A program made the position numbers and the translations under genes. The notes beneath the pieces are model-generated. The model was not told where the DNA came from and did no database searches. It saw only the letters and a list, made by a program, of their open reading frames with translations. From Chloroflexota bacterium (GTDB lineage Bacteria; Chloroflexota; UBA11872; VXOZ01), in contig OZ244922.1 in NCBI GenBank assembly GCA_965221905.1, positions 3,424,001-3,488,000 on the forward strand: a DNA stretch of 64,000 nucleotides. The letters run 5' to 3'. This document shows, in pieces, positions 10,293-20,309 of this stretch (its first letter is position 1; every line of letters begins with the position of its first letter).

Positions 10293-10700
10293 TCACGCCT
10301 CGACCAGCGATACCGCGATCTCCCACTCCGGCTGCTCCCAGAATCCCGCTGCCTCCGACACGCGTTCTTCCAGACTCAACGTGTGTACGCTGTGCTCTGT
10401 ACCCAGCCGGTCCGTAAAGCGCAGCGCCTCGGCCTTGGCGTAGGACGCCCGCAGGCGTGTACGGAAGGCAGCGGCAGCAGTAGGGTTAATTGTGCCGTTG
10501 CGGTTGAGGTGGTTGGCGAATGCGAGAACGGTGAAGTGCCAGACCTGCTTGCCCGCGCCAAGGTCAACTGCCGCGGGACCGGCCGCTGCCTCCGGCGCCG
10601 CGGCCAGAACTTTAGGAATCTCTACGCGATAGGACCCGGGCTTAACGAAATAGCCGTGTCCGTCCAGAATCACCGAGCAATCCTCACCAACGGTTGGCAT
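10293..10700 (-). CDS. putative tail protein, paralog of 9283-9720
   Basis: 135 aa, 6 bp downstream of the previous gene, motifs shared with 9283-9720. Confidence 0.6.
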   Translation of the reverse strand: MPTVGEDCSVILDGHGYFVKPGSYRVEIPKVLAAAPEAAAGPAAVDLGAGKQVWHFTVLAFANHLNRNGTINPTAAAAFRTRLRASYAKAEALRFTDRLGTEHSVHTLSLEERVSEAAGFWEQPEWEIAVSLVEA

Positions 10701-10706
10701 GGGTCA

Positions 10707-11081
10707 TTACCTTATCTCTACGAGTTTGACGACAATGCGGTTGGGCATGCCGGTCAACCCCAAACTGAGGCGTTCCTGCACGCGGTACGTGCGGACGCTC
10801 GCGACTTGTGCGCTGTCCGGCGTATCGGCAATCGCAACCACACCGGATAGGTCTACGTCCGGAGCGAACTCTGCCGTGGCATCCGGCCCATGACTGCGCC
10901 TGCGATTGCCGGGGTTTGCCGCGCCGGAGGATTCGTTTCGCTCCTCCTTCCACGTACACTGCGCCGCCGCGTACGCGGTGGCGCCGCCGTCATTCCGGAT
11001 CAGAGTGACCGTACGCAGCCGCCCGTGGCGGATCTGCTCACGGTTTGCCAACACCTGCGCGGCCTGCTTGCTATCGAGCAT
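10707..11081 (-). CDS. putative head-closure or head-tail joining protein
   Basis: 124 aa from ATG 11081 with GGAG RBS; position after the adaptor; beta-rich. Confidence 0.45.
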   Translation of the reverse strand: MLDSKQAAQVLANREQIRHGRLRTVTLIRNDGGATAYAAAQCTWKEERNESSGAANPGNRRRSHGPDATAEFAPDVDLSGVVAIADTPDSAQVASVRTYRVQERLSLGLTGMPNRIVVKLVEIR

Positions 11082-11260
11082 TGCAATTCTCCGTTCGTTC
11101 TTTGCACGTTGCTTTCTGCTGTTCCGCTGTGGCCTTGGACGCAGCACCAGAGTTAGTGCAGGGGAAAGTCGTCTGGCGGGCACCCGTTTCGACGCTTACT
11201 CAGAGCCTCGCCCATTCGCGATTCCGGCCAACAAAACTATGCGAATAGGCGCGATCCAAT

Positions 11261-11313
11261 CCGTCATTCCCGCGGAAAGCTTGCCCCGTACCTGATACGG
11301 GGCGGGAATCCAT
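11261..11313. repeat. REP-like palindrome family (gtcattcccgc...gcgggaatcc)
   Basis: Related copies at ~15293, 16983, 17160, 29795, 33310, 35471, 37450, 47477. Confidence 0.85.
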
Positions 11314-11422
11314 CTTCTCTGCGCAACCTGCCCACTTCCCCAGGCCGGGGACAAGCCCCCGTGCTACGGTCTAGCGCGAATGCAGGGCTTGCCAGGGCGG
11401 CCATGCGGAACGACTTTCGCAA

Positions 11423-12091
11423 TCATCGCGCCATGTCCGCGCCATCTACCGTCCACGCTACGCTCCCCCGCGTTTGCTGCGCCCGTTCCTGCCGCAGCAC
11501 GTCAAGCTCCTTCTCAAACGATTCACGCGCCGTGCTGCCCTTCTCCCACCACGCTCCGCTCACCATGCTCGTATCCACGCCGGCCCCTTGTTGGCCGTCT
11601 TGGTAGCGGAAGTTATCTGACTTTGGGGTCGCGTAGGCCAAGCACGCGTGAGCGTACGCGCCGGTCGTCAGCAGACCGGTATACGGGCCAGGCAGCGTCC
11701 ACAGGCTGTCGCTGGCGACGTGCTTGGTGCCCCAGCGCACACGCACCGCATCGGCGGCGCTAGGCGCTTCCGGCACGAGCAGAAAGACGAATCCCGGCGC
11801 GCCCTCGCTCGTAGGCAGCACCATGAAGGTGCAAAGCTTCGGAGGGTAGCAACCCGTGGGCCACTCCACCTCCTCCACGCTCCACACCTCCACGAGGCTG
11901 CTCAAGTCCACCAGCCGCGAATCCGCACTGGTGCTCAACGTGGCGTCGCGCGACCAGGGCAAAGCCCGCGATAGCTCGGCCAGGGCGCGGTCGATGGCGT
12001 GATCGAGGGCCGCGTCGCTGAAACGCGGTTCGGCGTCCGCCGGATCGAACAACTCGTTGCGCAACGAGCTGCGAAATTCGCTCAGTGTCAT
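11423..12091 (-). CDS. putative head-tail adaptor protein
   Basis: MTLSEFRSSLRNELFD...FSDAALDHAIDRAL helical N-terminus typical of adaptors; directly after the capsid gene. Confidence 0.6.
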   Translation of the reverse strand: MTLSEFRSSLRNELFDPADAEPRFSDAALDHAIDRALAELSRALPWSRDATLSTSADSRLVDLSSLVEVWSVEEVEWPTGCYPPKLCTFMVLPTSEGAPGFVFLLVPEAPSAADAVRVRWGTKHVASDSLWTLPGPYTGLLTTGAYAHACLAYATPKSDNFRYQDGQQGAGVDTSMVSGAWWEKGSTARESFEKELDVLRQERAQQTRGSVAWTVDGADMAR

Positions 12092-12260
12092 AGGTAATCC
12101 TCAAGTGTCAGTTGCTACGATGATGTCCGGCGCAACGAGATGCCGCGCTCAATTGAAGCTCATTACTAGAAGGCTCCCGTGGCGCGGCGAACTCAGGCCG
12201 CGCCAAGGCTTTGTTGAACATTAATGGTCAAACGGGGAACGTGATCCCCTCTTTCAGGGC

Positions 12261-12288
12261 GTAGGGGCACGACTTGTCGTGCCCCTAC
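12261..12288. repeat. GTAG-type REP palindrome (gtaggggcacgac-gtcgtgcccctac)
   Basis: Further copies at ~20968, 24822, 26215; related GTAG families at ~16942, 17118, 27465, 32774, 47568. Confidence 0.8.
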
Positions 12289-12390
12289 AGGAACATCCCT
12301 TTTCCCACCGGGGGGAGGGCTGGGGTGGGGGTCTCCCCTCACCCCGCAACGATGCATCAAGCACCCCATTGCCCCCAGCACACACAGGAC

Positions 12391-14385
12391 CTACGCTACT
12401 TCAGCCCAGTAAGCGCCCCGGTAGTCCAGCCAGCCGCCGCCAAACTCCCAGCGCATCTTGTAGCTGATCGCGTCGTTGGTAAAGACCGATCCGGCGGTTG
12501 GGTTATCCTGCACCAGCAGTTCCGGCGTCTCCTGACCGTTGATGAAACCGACCTCCAGGCTCTCGATCTGCGCCGGGTCCGCCATCAGGTAGTAGTCCTT
12601 GGCATCGCTGAACTGCGGCACCACGATCGGCTCCAGCATGCCTTGCAGCGGATTAGCGTCGTTATTCTGGCTGCCGGGCAGCAGCGTGCTGTTGAGAATC
12701 GTCACAGCCGTCCAATACAGATCCGGCGGCAGCAAGAGTTACCGGGGCTTGATGCCCAGGCGCTTATCCGCGCTATTGGTCTGCTTCATCATCCGCGTAA
12801 TCGCAGACTGTAGCGCCGTGGCCGCCAGCGCCGCGGTGCCGCGATTCTTGTGCGAGGTCTGGGTGCCGTCGTCGAAGACCTTCGTGCTGTCGGCGAGCGC
12901 AGGATTGCTTGTAAAGAGGCCGTACACGAACTCATTGATGGTCGTGGCCGCCGCGATCGCGAGCTTGGTAGGAATGCGTCGGATAGCTTCCAGGTCGTCG
13001 TTGAGTATCGCCTCGCGGGTGACCACCACCAGGTTGCCACGCTTGGCGGGCGTGTAGGTCTCTCGCGTGTCGTCCCACGCAAGGTTCGTGTAGGCCGCGT
13101 TCTCGTTGACCGTGCCAAGTGCCCCGAAATCATGCAGCAGCACCCGGTACTGGGGCTTGTAGTCGCGAATCGAGCGGATCGCGCAGAATTTCTTCCAGTC
13201 CTGGGGCTGCGCGCCGTAGTCCTGGACGAGACGCTTCGTAATGGCGTTGGCGAGCGCGTGGTTGAGCACGCTCGTGGTGACCTCGTTGGCCTCGCGCACG
13301 GTCGAGAGCTCCAGATTCAGGGTGCCCCGGATTTCGGTATCGCCCGTGATCTGCACGTATGCCTCTCGAATGCTGGACCACGCAGGAATAGGCTCTTCAG
13401 AGGCAACGTCCCGCACGCCCAAGAGTCGCGCCAAGCCGGCCTCGGCCGCGGCTAAACCCCAGCTTGCTCCGGCGCCGCCCATGCTGATGCGCGCCTTCTC
13501 CGCGCCCACGCCCCGCACGGCGTGCGCAGAACCCGTGAGCGCGCGCACGGTCTCTACCTCTTCCTGAACGGCCTGTTCCAAGACGGCAGTGGTAAAGGTC
13601 TGCCCTTCAAAGCGGCGGCGCAGCTTGCCCTTGATCGCGGCGGGCAGAGCCACGGTATCGAGCCGCTCGTGGAGAGCGGTCATGCAGGCGAGTTTCCCTT
13701 CTGCCTCGGCGAGACGGGCATCTACCGTCATCGTGGCAGTATCTTCCATGAGTACCTCCTCGGTATGTGGTGAATCTGTTGACTCCGCCCCGGCATGGGG
13801 CTCGACGTTTGCTGTGTCGGTACGTTGGTCTCCTTGCATAGCGTTCTCCTTGTCTGTGCTGAAAATCTCTTGCGCTGCCAAGACGCGCTCGAACGCGCCG
13901 CCGGCCGCGGCCCGCGTGACCACGTCGCAGGAGCGCAACACCGGGATGCGTTCCACTACTTGGATGCTCTTGCCGTTCTGCTGCTGGGTGCGCACCGACG
14001 CCAGAGAGTCAATCGAGAGACCCAGCACGTCAGGGCGTCCCATTTCCACAGCTTCCTGCACCAAACTCCAGAGCCAGTCGGCGCTGCTAAAGATATGGAG
14101 GGTGGCCCGCACGCGGTCACCCTCCAGCCGGGGTTCGCGATAGAACCCCACCACGTCGCGGACGCTCCGTGGCTTGTGGATGCTGTCGCCGGCGGGCGAC
14201 GGATGGTCGGCAAAGGCTTTGAGGCCGTCGATCTGCTGCGCCACGTCCTGCAACGCTTGGGGCGTGAAGTAGCGGCCGTTCCGCGACATGCCTTGCCGGA
14301 GCACGGTTACGGCTACATCGCGTTGCGGCGCGTCGAGCTGCGCCTCCTGTAACGGTACGAGCAGCGCCAGGTGTTCGGGTTTCAA
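12391..14385 (-). pseudogene. prohead protease-scaffold-major capsid fusion (Mu gpT-like C-terminus) with in-frame TAA at 12739-12741
   Basis: N-terminal SRNGRYF, FADHP, GLSI, SCDVVTRAAAGG; capsid motifs LGIKPR*LLLPPDL, YYLMADP, EVGFING, DYRGAY in the same frame across the stop. Confidence 0.8.
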
Positions 14386-14591
14386 TGCGTCATCCTCCCT
14401 TCGATGTAATGCGATATTTCTTGTCCTGCTTCAACGACCCGTTGGGCGGGTTTGCAACCTGCGTCCACCCGCCTGCGCATGGCACAACCGGATAGATGTC
14501 TTTGTGAAATCCTCTTTCCAAACAGTGAAAGGGCCCTCCTGAATGCGCTGACGTCTCATGCCGGTGCGTGGACATTGGTACAATAGCCAGC

Positions 14592-15173
14592 ATGAACCTA
14601 CACAAACCCCCTTCCCCCACTGCGTCGCTCACCGTTGTCGTCGCGCCTTCTCAAGCCGGCGGCTACTGGGCAGACCTGCCGACTCTCCCCGGCTGCGTCG
14701 TACAGGGGGAAACCGTTGACGCCGTGATTGCCGACCTCACGATGACGGCGGAGATGCACTTGGCGCAGGAAGACCCGCCCGCCGACACCCTCGCTTTGCA
14801 CAACGTCGCCGTTGACATGGCCGATGTGACGTACCGCCTTACGGCCGTTACCTGGCACGGCGAGCGACGAGCTTGTGCGGTTGCGATACCCCTCCACGAC
14901 CGGGTGGCGCACGGAGAGACCGTGGAAGAGGCCCTGGCGCAACTCCGCCGGCTGCTCCCAACCTGGATCGTCGCCGATCTCGCCGAAGGCGAGCCCGTGC
15001 CGATAGTCGCGGTCGCGGAGACGGCAATTATTCATCCGCGTGTGGGCCAAGCCACCGGCGCGCCCCTTTCCCAATCCGAGGCCCTCAAGCCTGAAGTCGT
15101 CCTGGTTCTGCTCCGCGCGGCGGGTATGACCAAAGAGCAACTGAGCGAGATGCTGGATTACGACCCAGAGTGA
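14592..15173 (+). CDS. tandem HicB-like domain protein with HicA-like C-terminal helices
   Basis: GGYWADLPTLPGCVVQGETVDA and AHGETVEEALAQL..GEPVP; tail LKPEVVLVLLRAAGMTKEQLSEML. Confidence 0.7.
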   Translation: MNLHKPPSPTASLTVVVAPSQAGGYWADLPTLPGCVVQGETVDAVIADLTMTAEMHLAQEDPPADTLALHNVAVDMADVTYRLTAVTWHGERRACAVAIPLHDRVAHGETVEEALAQLRRLLPTWIVADLAEGEPVPIVAVAETAIIHPRVGQATGAPLSQSEALKPEVVLVLLRAAGMTKEQLSEMLDYDPE

Positions 15174-15504
15174 CTGAATCTGCTCGGCAACCCCCTCTCC
15201 CTCGAGGGAGAGGGCCGGGGTGAGGGGGAATCTTGTCAGCCCAGCCTCGCCTTTTTGGCATGACTGCAACCCTTTGGAATGCAACTGTGATCCGTCATTC
15301 CCGCGAAAGCGGGAATCCATCTTCTCCGTTTGCACCTTGAACACCGGCCCCGTACTCGATACGGCGCATCGACGCGATACGGCGCCGGAATTCATCCGAC
15401 CAGCCCCCGTATACTCCCGCTTTCGCGGGAGTGACGGATTGAGTTCCCATTCAAGTGACCTGAGATTCGGCAGATAGCACGTGGCAGTCCAGTGGCGCAT
15501 CCCT

Positions 15505-16743
15505 TTACTCCTCTTCAGCCAAGAAGCGACGGAAGAGACGCGCGGCGTCCTCAGCTTCCAACCAGCCCTCTGTTTGAGCGAGTTGCAGCGACCGCGCGAA
15601 CGACTCGGCGTGCGGGCCCGCCACGTGGGCAACGTCCGGCTGGAGTTCCTGAAAGACCACGCGAAAGGCCGTATCAACATTCGCATCGAGCGCTCCGGCG
15701 TCTTGTTTCCCCTGAATCGCTCGTGCTACGAGACGACGCAGGTAGCGGCCGAAGAGTTCCTGGCGGCGTTGGAAGCGCCGCAGCGTCGGCAGGCCCATCT
15801 CGGCCGCCGTCGCCCGGTTGACGTGCCCGCCTTCGGCGAGGTAGTGCTCCGGCAAGCCTGCGCCCGCCGCTATCATCAGCTTGAGCGCGCGACCGTCTGC
15901 GGCGACGTCATCAGCGCCAATGGAGGGCTGCACCGGCTGCCAGTTCTCCGCTTCGTTATGGAAAACCACGGTGCCGGGCGCCGGCGGCTGGGCGTAGGCC
16001 GCCATCTTGGCCAGCAGGTCGTTCCGCGTTGCGCCCCGTACGGTCACGTCGTAGATGAAGCTGCCTTTGAGGCGGTTAATCCGCGCACGGTCCACCAGCC
16101 AATCTCGATAGCGTTTGAGCCACGGCAGCAGCGCTGCCAAGTCGCTGCGCCCGCGCAACGCGTTTGACACTCGATTGATGGTAAGGTGCTCCATTTCCGC
16201 TGCCGCTACCCAGTAGCCCGGGTCATTGCCGACTCCTCGCACGCGGTACCGGTGCACCTGCTCGATGTCTTCTGCCGCGGTCTCAATGCGTTCGATGAGC
16301 AGCGGATCGAGCTGTCGCAGCCTGATTTCGCCCGTAAGCGGATCGGTGAATACGCGCACGAACTGCTCGCCGTAGAGGGAAAGCTCCGTGTAGAGGCTAT
16401 AGATGCGCGTGTCCATGGTGTTGTCCGGGTGCCGCCAGAAGGCATCCACCACCTCCTGCACCGCCGCACTCGCGCACGCGATGCGCACGCCCCCGCCCAG
16501 CACGAAATTGGCCTGAATGTCGATCACGGCATACGCCAATGGGTTGGTGACGTAGGCTTCGTAGACCTCCCGCAGCAGTCGCTGGTGGTCCCAGAGCGCG
16601 TCGTCCCGCGTCTCCGAGGCCCCGGTCACCTGGCGGTAGCCGATGTCTTCAGCCGCCACCGCCTCCTGCACGCGCGTCTGGATGAGATCGCCAAAGAGGC
16701 GCTCGCCCAGGCGTTGCCACCACTCACTAGTCTGTATTGCCAT
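15505..16743 (-). CDS. phage portal protein
   Basis: NPLAYAVI, ELSLYGEQF, RGRSDL, GAGLPEHYL, NRATA; position after the terminase. Confidence 0.85.
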   Translation of the reverse strand: MAIQTSEWWQRLGERLFGDLIQTRVQEAVAAEDIGYRQVTGASETRDDALWDHQRLLREVYEAYVTNPLAYAVIDIQANFVLGGGVRIACASAAVQEVVDAFWRHPDNTMDTRIYSLYTELSLYGEQFVRVFTDPLTGEIRLRQLDPLLIERIETAAEDIEQVHRYRVRGVGNDPGYWVAAAEMEHLTINRVSNALRGRSDLAALLPWLKRYRDWLVDRARINRLKGSFIYDVTVRGATRNDLLAKMAAYAQPPAPGTVVFHNEAENWQPVQPSIGADDVAADGRALKLMIAAGAGLPEHYLAEGGHVNRATAAEMGLPTLRRFQRRQELFGRYLRRLVARAIQGKQDAGALDANVDTAFRVVFQELQPDVAHVAGPHAESFARSLQLAQTEGWLEAEDAARLFRRFLAEEE

Positions 16744-17296
16744 TGCGCTCGCTTTCTGTGTGTTGTCATGGCTCTTGTCGCATCGGGAAGCTTGATTGAA
16801 CGGCAAGCATCCGACTCACCGTTCGCCCTGAGCCTGCCTATCCTGAGCTTGTCGAAGGGTCAAAGGGCGCCCGTTCATGGTTCGACAGAGCCTGTGCAGA
16901 GCCTGCCGAAGTGCTCACCACGAACGGATTTGCAAACATTCGGTAGCGCAGGTTTGCAACCTGCGATCCTAGCCCATCTAGCCCGTCATTCCCGCAAGTG
17001 CGGGAATCCATCTTGGCTGTGTCAACAATCCCTCCCCTACAGGGCACAAGTCCCCGCACTGCGTCGCAATTCGTAGTCTTTCTCTTTGGCTGCGTGGAAA
17101 ACCGGTGGCCCTCTTCCGGTAGCGCAGGTTTGTAACCTGCGTTTCTAGCCCGTCTAGCCCGTCATTCCCGCGCAAGCGGGAATCCATCTTCTACGCGCAC
17201 ATCCTGGACTCCGGCTTTCGCCGGTGTGACGGATGGTAGTCCGACGGACCGATGGCAACACGGTCTGTGCGGAACCAGAAGAAAGCAGATTCATCA

Positions 17297-18875
17297 TCAG
17301 TACCCCTCCGTTTGCAATTCCTGCGGCGGAAGCGCGACCGAAACGGCTGGCGGCGCGCCGCCCTCCACGGTGCGTGTGAGCAGGGCCAGAGCCATCACAT
17401 AATCATCGTGTCCCTGACTGGCGGGCACATGGAAGGCGATCCGATTGCCCGGATGCAATGCCATTCGGCACCGCCGCACCTGCCGCCAGCACTCCCGGTA
17501 CTCCGGCGACCCGTCGTCCGCCCACAGTTGCAGGCGTCCGCCGCCGACCAAGGCGCGCACGTCGTAGCCCAGCGCGCTCTTCGACTGCGCCGTGAAGGTA
17601 AACGGTTCGATGCGGTCGTGGCCCAACCGCGCGCTCAAGAAACGCGCGAGCGCGTCGCCCATGCCGGTGGCGTCTATGCTTGCTCTTTGGACTCGCCACT
17701 CCTCGCCCAGCAGGCGCACGAGGCGCGCGTATTGCTCGGTGGTGGGCATAACCGGTCCACTGGTAGGCGTTTACGATCGCGACCGCGGGCAGGGCAAAGC
17801 CGAGCACCGGGTCGTGCCGCCAGACCCGCTCGCCGATCAAGACCACCGTGCTATCGCGCCGGGACCGACCGGCTTCCCGGTTACCGGCGGCGGTCTCTTC
17901 GCCGGCCACGTCCACGGCTGCGACGTAATGCGCATCCGAGCGGGGTTGCTGCTGCCGGACGTGTGTGCCCTGCAACGCCGCTTGCAACGGCGGCGTGAAG
18001 AAGCCGGTGGCGTCGTCCACCTCTTCCAAGCGGTACTGGGTACGGATGACCAAGTCATCCTCGCCGCGCTGGCGAATCTGCGCCTTTACCGCCGCTCCGT
18101 AGCGCTGGTTTACCTGTGCCCCCACCTGCCACGGAAAGGAGAAGTGCCGCTGCTCGCCGGTGCGTTCCGCATGCACGAGATTCAGCGCCTTGTACTTAGC
18201 AAGCAGCGTGTCTTTCGTCCACGGCGTACCGTAGAGCACGATGGTGGCGTTCTGCGCCGCCGCCATCGGCAGAAACTCTTTGGCGAACTTTTCCTCATCC
18301 ACGTCCTGGGCTTCGTCTACCTCCAGCAGCAAATCGGCGGTAGCGCCGACCACGTTGGACTGCTCGTGCGCCGAGAGGAACATCACGCGCGCGTTGCCTA
18401 CGGTCACCATGCTGCCCTGGGTACGTTTCCAATACGGCGCCAGCCAGGGATGGTCCAGCAGCGATTCGAGGCGCAGGCGGGAGATGAGGGTCTGCGGGGT
18501 CAGCGTGGGGGCGCACTTCACAATCGTGCCACCGCGCCGTTGATAGCGGTACAGGAGATAGGCTTCGAGATGCGCCGAAAGCTCATTCTTGCCCATCTGC
18601 CGCGCCATCTCCACGGTGAAAATAGCCCCTTGCCGCCGCCGCACACTCGCGAGCACCGGCCGCGCCACCGCCAACTGGTAGGACCGCAGCGGACGCCCCA
18701 CAAGCACACGCGAAAAGTGCGCAATGTCGTTGAGGGTATAGCGGAAGAAGGTGCGGGCGATTTCATTCCCGTCTTCCCCGTGCGGGACGGGCGACAAGTG
18801 AGAAGCGCCGGTCTCCGCGTCTCTCTTCTGTGTGTCTGCAACGTTCGTTTTCATTGAATGCTCGTTACTACTCAT
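17297..18875 (-). pseudogene. terminase large subunit with +1 frameshift near 17750
   Basis: LRSYQ, ARQMGKN (Walker A), LEVDEAQ (Walker B), YGTP, AVDVAG; nuclease motifs IDATGMG and HDDYVMALAL continue in another frame; joined length ~525 aa. Confidence 0.85.
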
Positions 18876-18924
18876 TCCGGCAGGTCATCGGAGGCGCATG
18901 CGATTCTGCGCCCCGTGTTCCCAT

Positions 18925-19167
18925 CTACTGCCCCGGCACGATGCGCAGGAGGCCGTTGAGGAAAGCGGCGGCAAACGGCGAAGCGAAGATGCCGATCAGG
19001 ATGACGTTGATCTTCGCTTCCAGCCGGGCGTAGTCCTCCCGCGTGTTCTCGGCCAACTCGCGCGTCACCTGACCGAAGGCGCAACCGTGTTGCGCCAGGC
19101 GGTCCGCCAGGTCTTGGTGGCGCGCGTCGTGCTTCCTCGGCGTGTGCGTGTTTGATTCATTCAGCAT
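18925..19167 (-). CDS. small coiled-coil plus single-TM protein (possibly holin-like)
   Basis: 80 aa; REDYARLEAKIN followed by hydrophobic VILIGIFASPFAAAFLNGLL; start overlaps the upstream gene. Confidence 0.55.
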   Translation of the reverse strand: MLNESNTHTPRKHDARHQDLADRLAQHGCAFGQVTRELAENTREDYARLEAKINVILIGIFASPFAAAFLNGLLRIVPGQ

Positions 19168-19564
19168 GGTGTTTTTCCTGAGTGCTTTCTTCCTGCTGCT
19201 CCCGCACCTCGATCTCCGCAATCACCTGGCGCATCGCCTCGGTCAGGTTGTCTTCGGCTCGGGGCGAAAGTTGAGCGCGCGCTTTCAGGGCGTTGAGAAG
19301 AATGTCCGTCAGGTCCTTTACCGCCTTGATCTTGTCCGCCGGTGCGCGCTCGTCGTCTTCGGCATTGAGCATCTGGGCTGCGATGCGGCGAATGAGCATG
19401 CGCAGCAGTCCGATCTCGTCCTGGAGCAGCGGATTATCGGCGGTCCGCTCCAACGCCGACAGCTCATGTTCGGCGAAGAGGTCGGCGTAGAGACTTCTAG
19501 GTTGCTTCTTGCGTTGGGTCACTGGGTTGTTTTCCTTTTCGTCATGGCTATGCGCTTCGTGCAT
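19157..19564 (-). CDS. putative terminase small subunit
   Basis: Helical LYADLF..LQDEIGLLRMLIRRI; two genes upstream of the large terminase; start codon uncertain. Confidence 0.55.
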   Translation of the reverse strand: MHEAHSHDEKENNPVTQRKKQPRSLYADLFAEHELSALERTADNPLLQDEIGLLRMLIRRIAAQMLNAEDDERAPADKIKAVKDLTDILLNALKARAQLSPRAEDNLTEAMRQVIAEIEVREQQEESTQEKHHAE

Positions 19565-19781
19565 GGCAGGAATAGTGTTCTGTGCAGTGCCTTTCCCGCC
19601 GTTCCTCCTGTTTTTGGTCGGCGCGCCGTAGAGTTACAGCGGGGACACCTCGCGGCATGGCGCGGCCTTTGCCAAGCGTTACAGGGAGGGCATCGATGGC
19701 ACTGTGTGGTACTCGTCCATAGTTTTGGGGCTGCATAAAGGTACATTCAAAAATAATATAAAACTTAAGGGGTAAAAGGGG

Positions 19782-19810
19782 TTGTATTTTTACTAAATAT
19801 TTACTATACT
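19782..19810 (+). promoter_or_regulatory. sigma70-type promoter facing lexA
   Basis: TTGTAT-N17-TATACT with AT-rich upstream tract; palindrome TAAATATTTA in the spacer. Confidence 0.65.
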
Positions 19811-20309
19811 GGGAAAAACACGGTGCAGAGTATGAGAACACAGGAGGTTTAGCAGGTGCCGTGGCTGTGCGAACAGACTGGATCGCTGCGCCAACAGACT
19901 GGATTGGCACTGACGAAGAGGGGTCTTTTGATTACTTGGCCGGCGCCAATTTTACCGTTCGCCCTGAGCCTGTCGAAGGGTGAACGGATGTGCTGAGCAC
20001 AGGTGGTGTTCCTTTACCGTTCGCCCTGAGCCTGTCGAAGGGTGAACGGATGTGGCACTGAGAGAACCGCAGTACATGCGCACACTGTCGTTCATACTTC
20101 GACCCTTCGACAGGCTCAGGGCAGGCAGGCTCAGCACGAACGGTTTTCACAGACTGCACAAACACCCAAGAAGAGAAAGAAAGCGCCGGGTTGCGGTTTA
20201 CGAATGGGTCTTCATTTAAGCAGCAAGCACGGCGACAGACCCTGCACGCAAGAAGCCCGGTGGCAGATTTACCGCTTAGTAGCGTCTAGCGACGGAGAGG
20301 AAGGCGCAC

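Larger units (their letters stand above)
6909..19564 (-). mobile_element. GTA-like or domesticated phage virion gene cluster
   Basis: Co-oriented terminase, portal, protease-capsid, adaptor and tail-like genes; no integrase or replication genes seen; host REPs between genes. Confidence 0.7.

Noticed and set aside
6909-12091. Contractile injection system, tailocin or encapsulin
   Set aside because: No sheath gene; terminase and portal indicate DNA packaging
17592-18857. Long antisense ORFs (also 23541-24635, 40136-41380, 14598-15686)
   Set aside because: Shadow frames of real genes in GC-rich DNA
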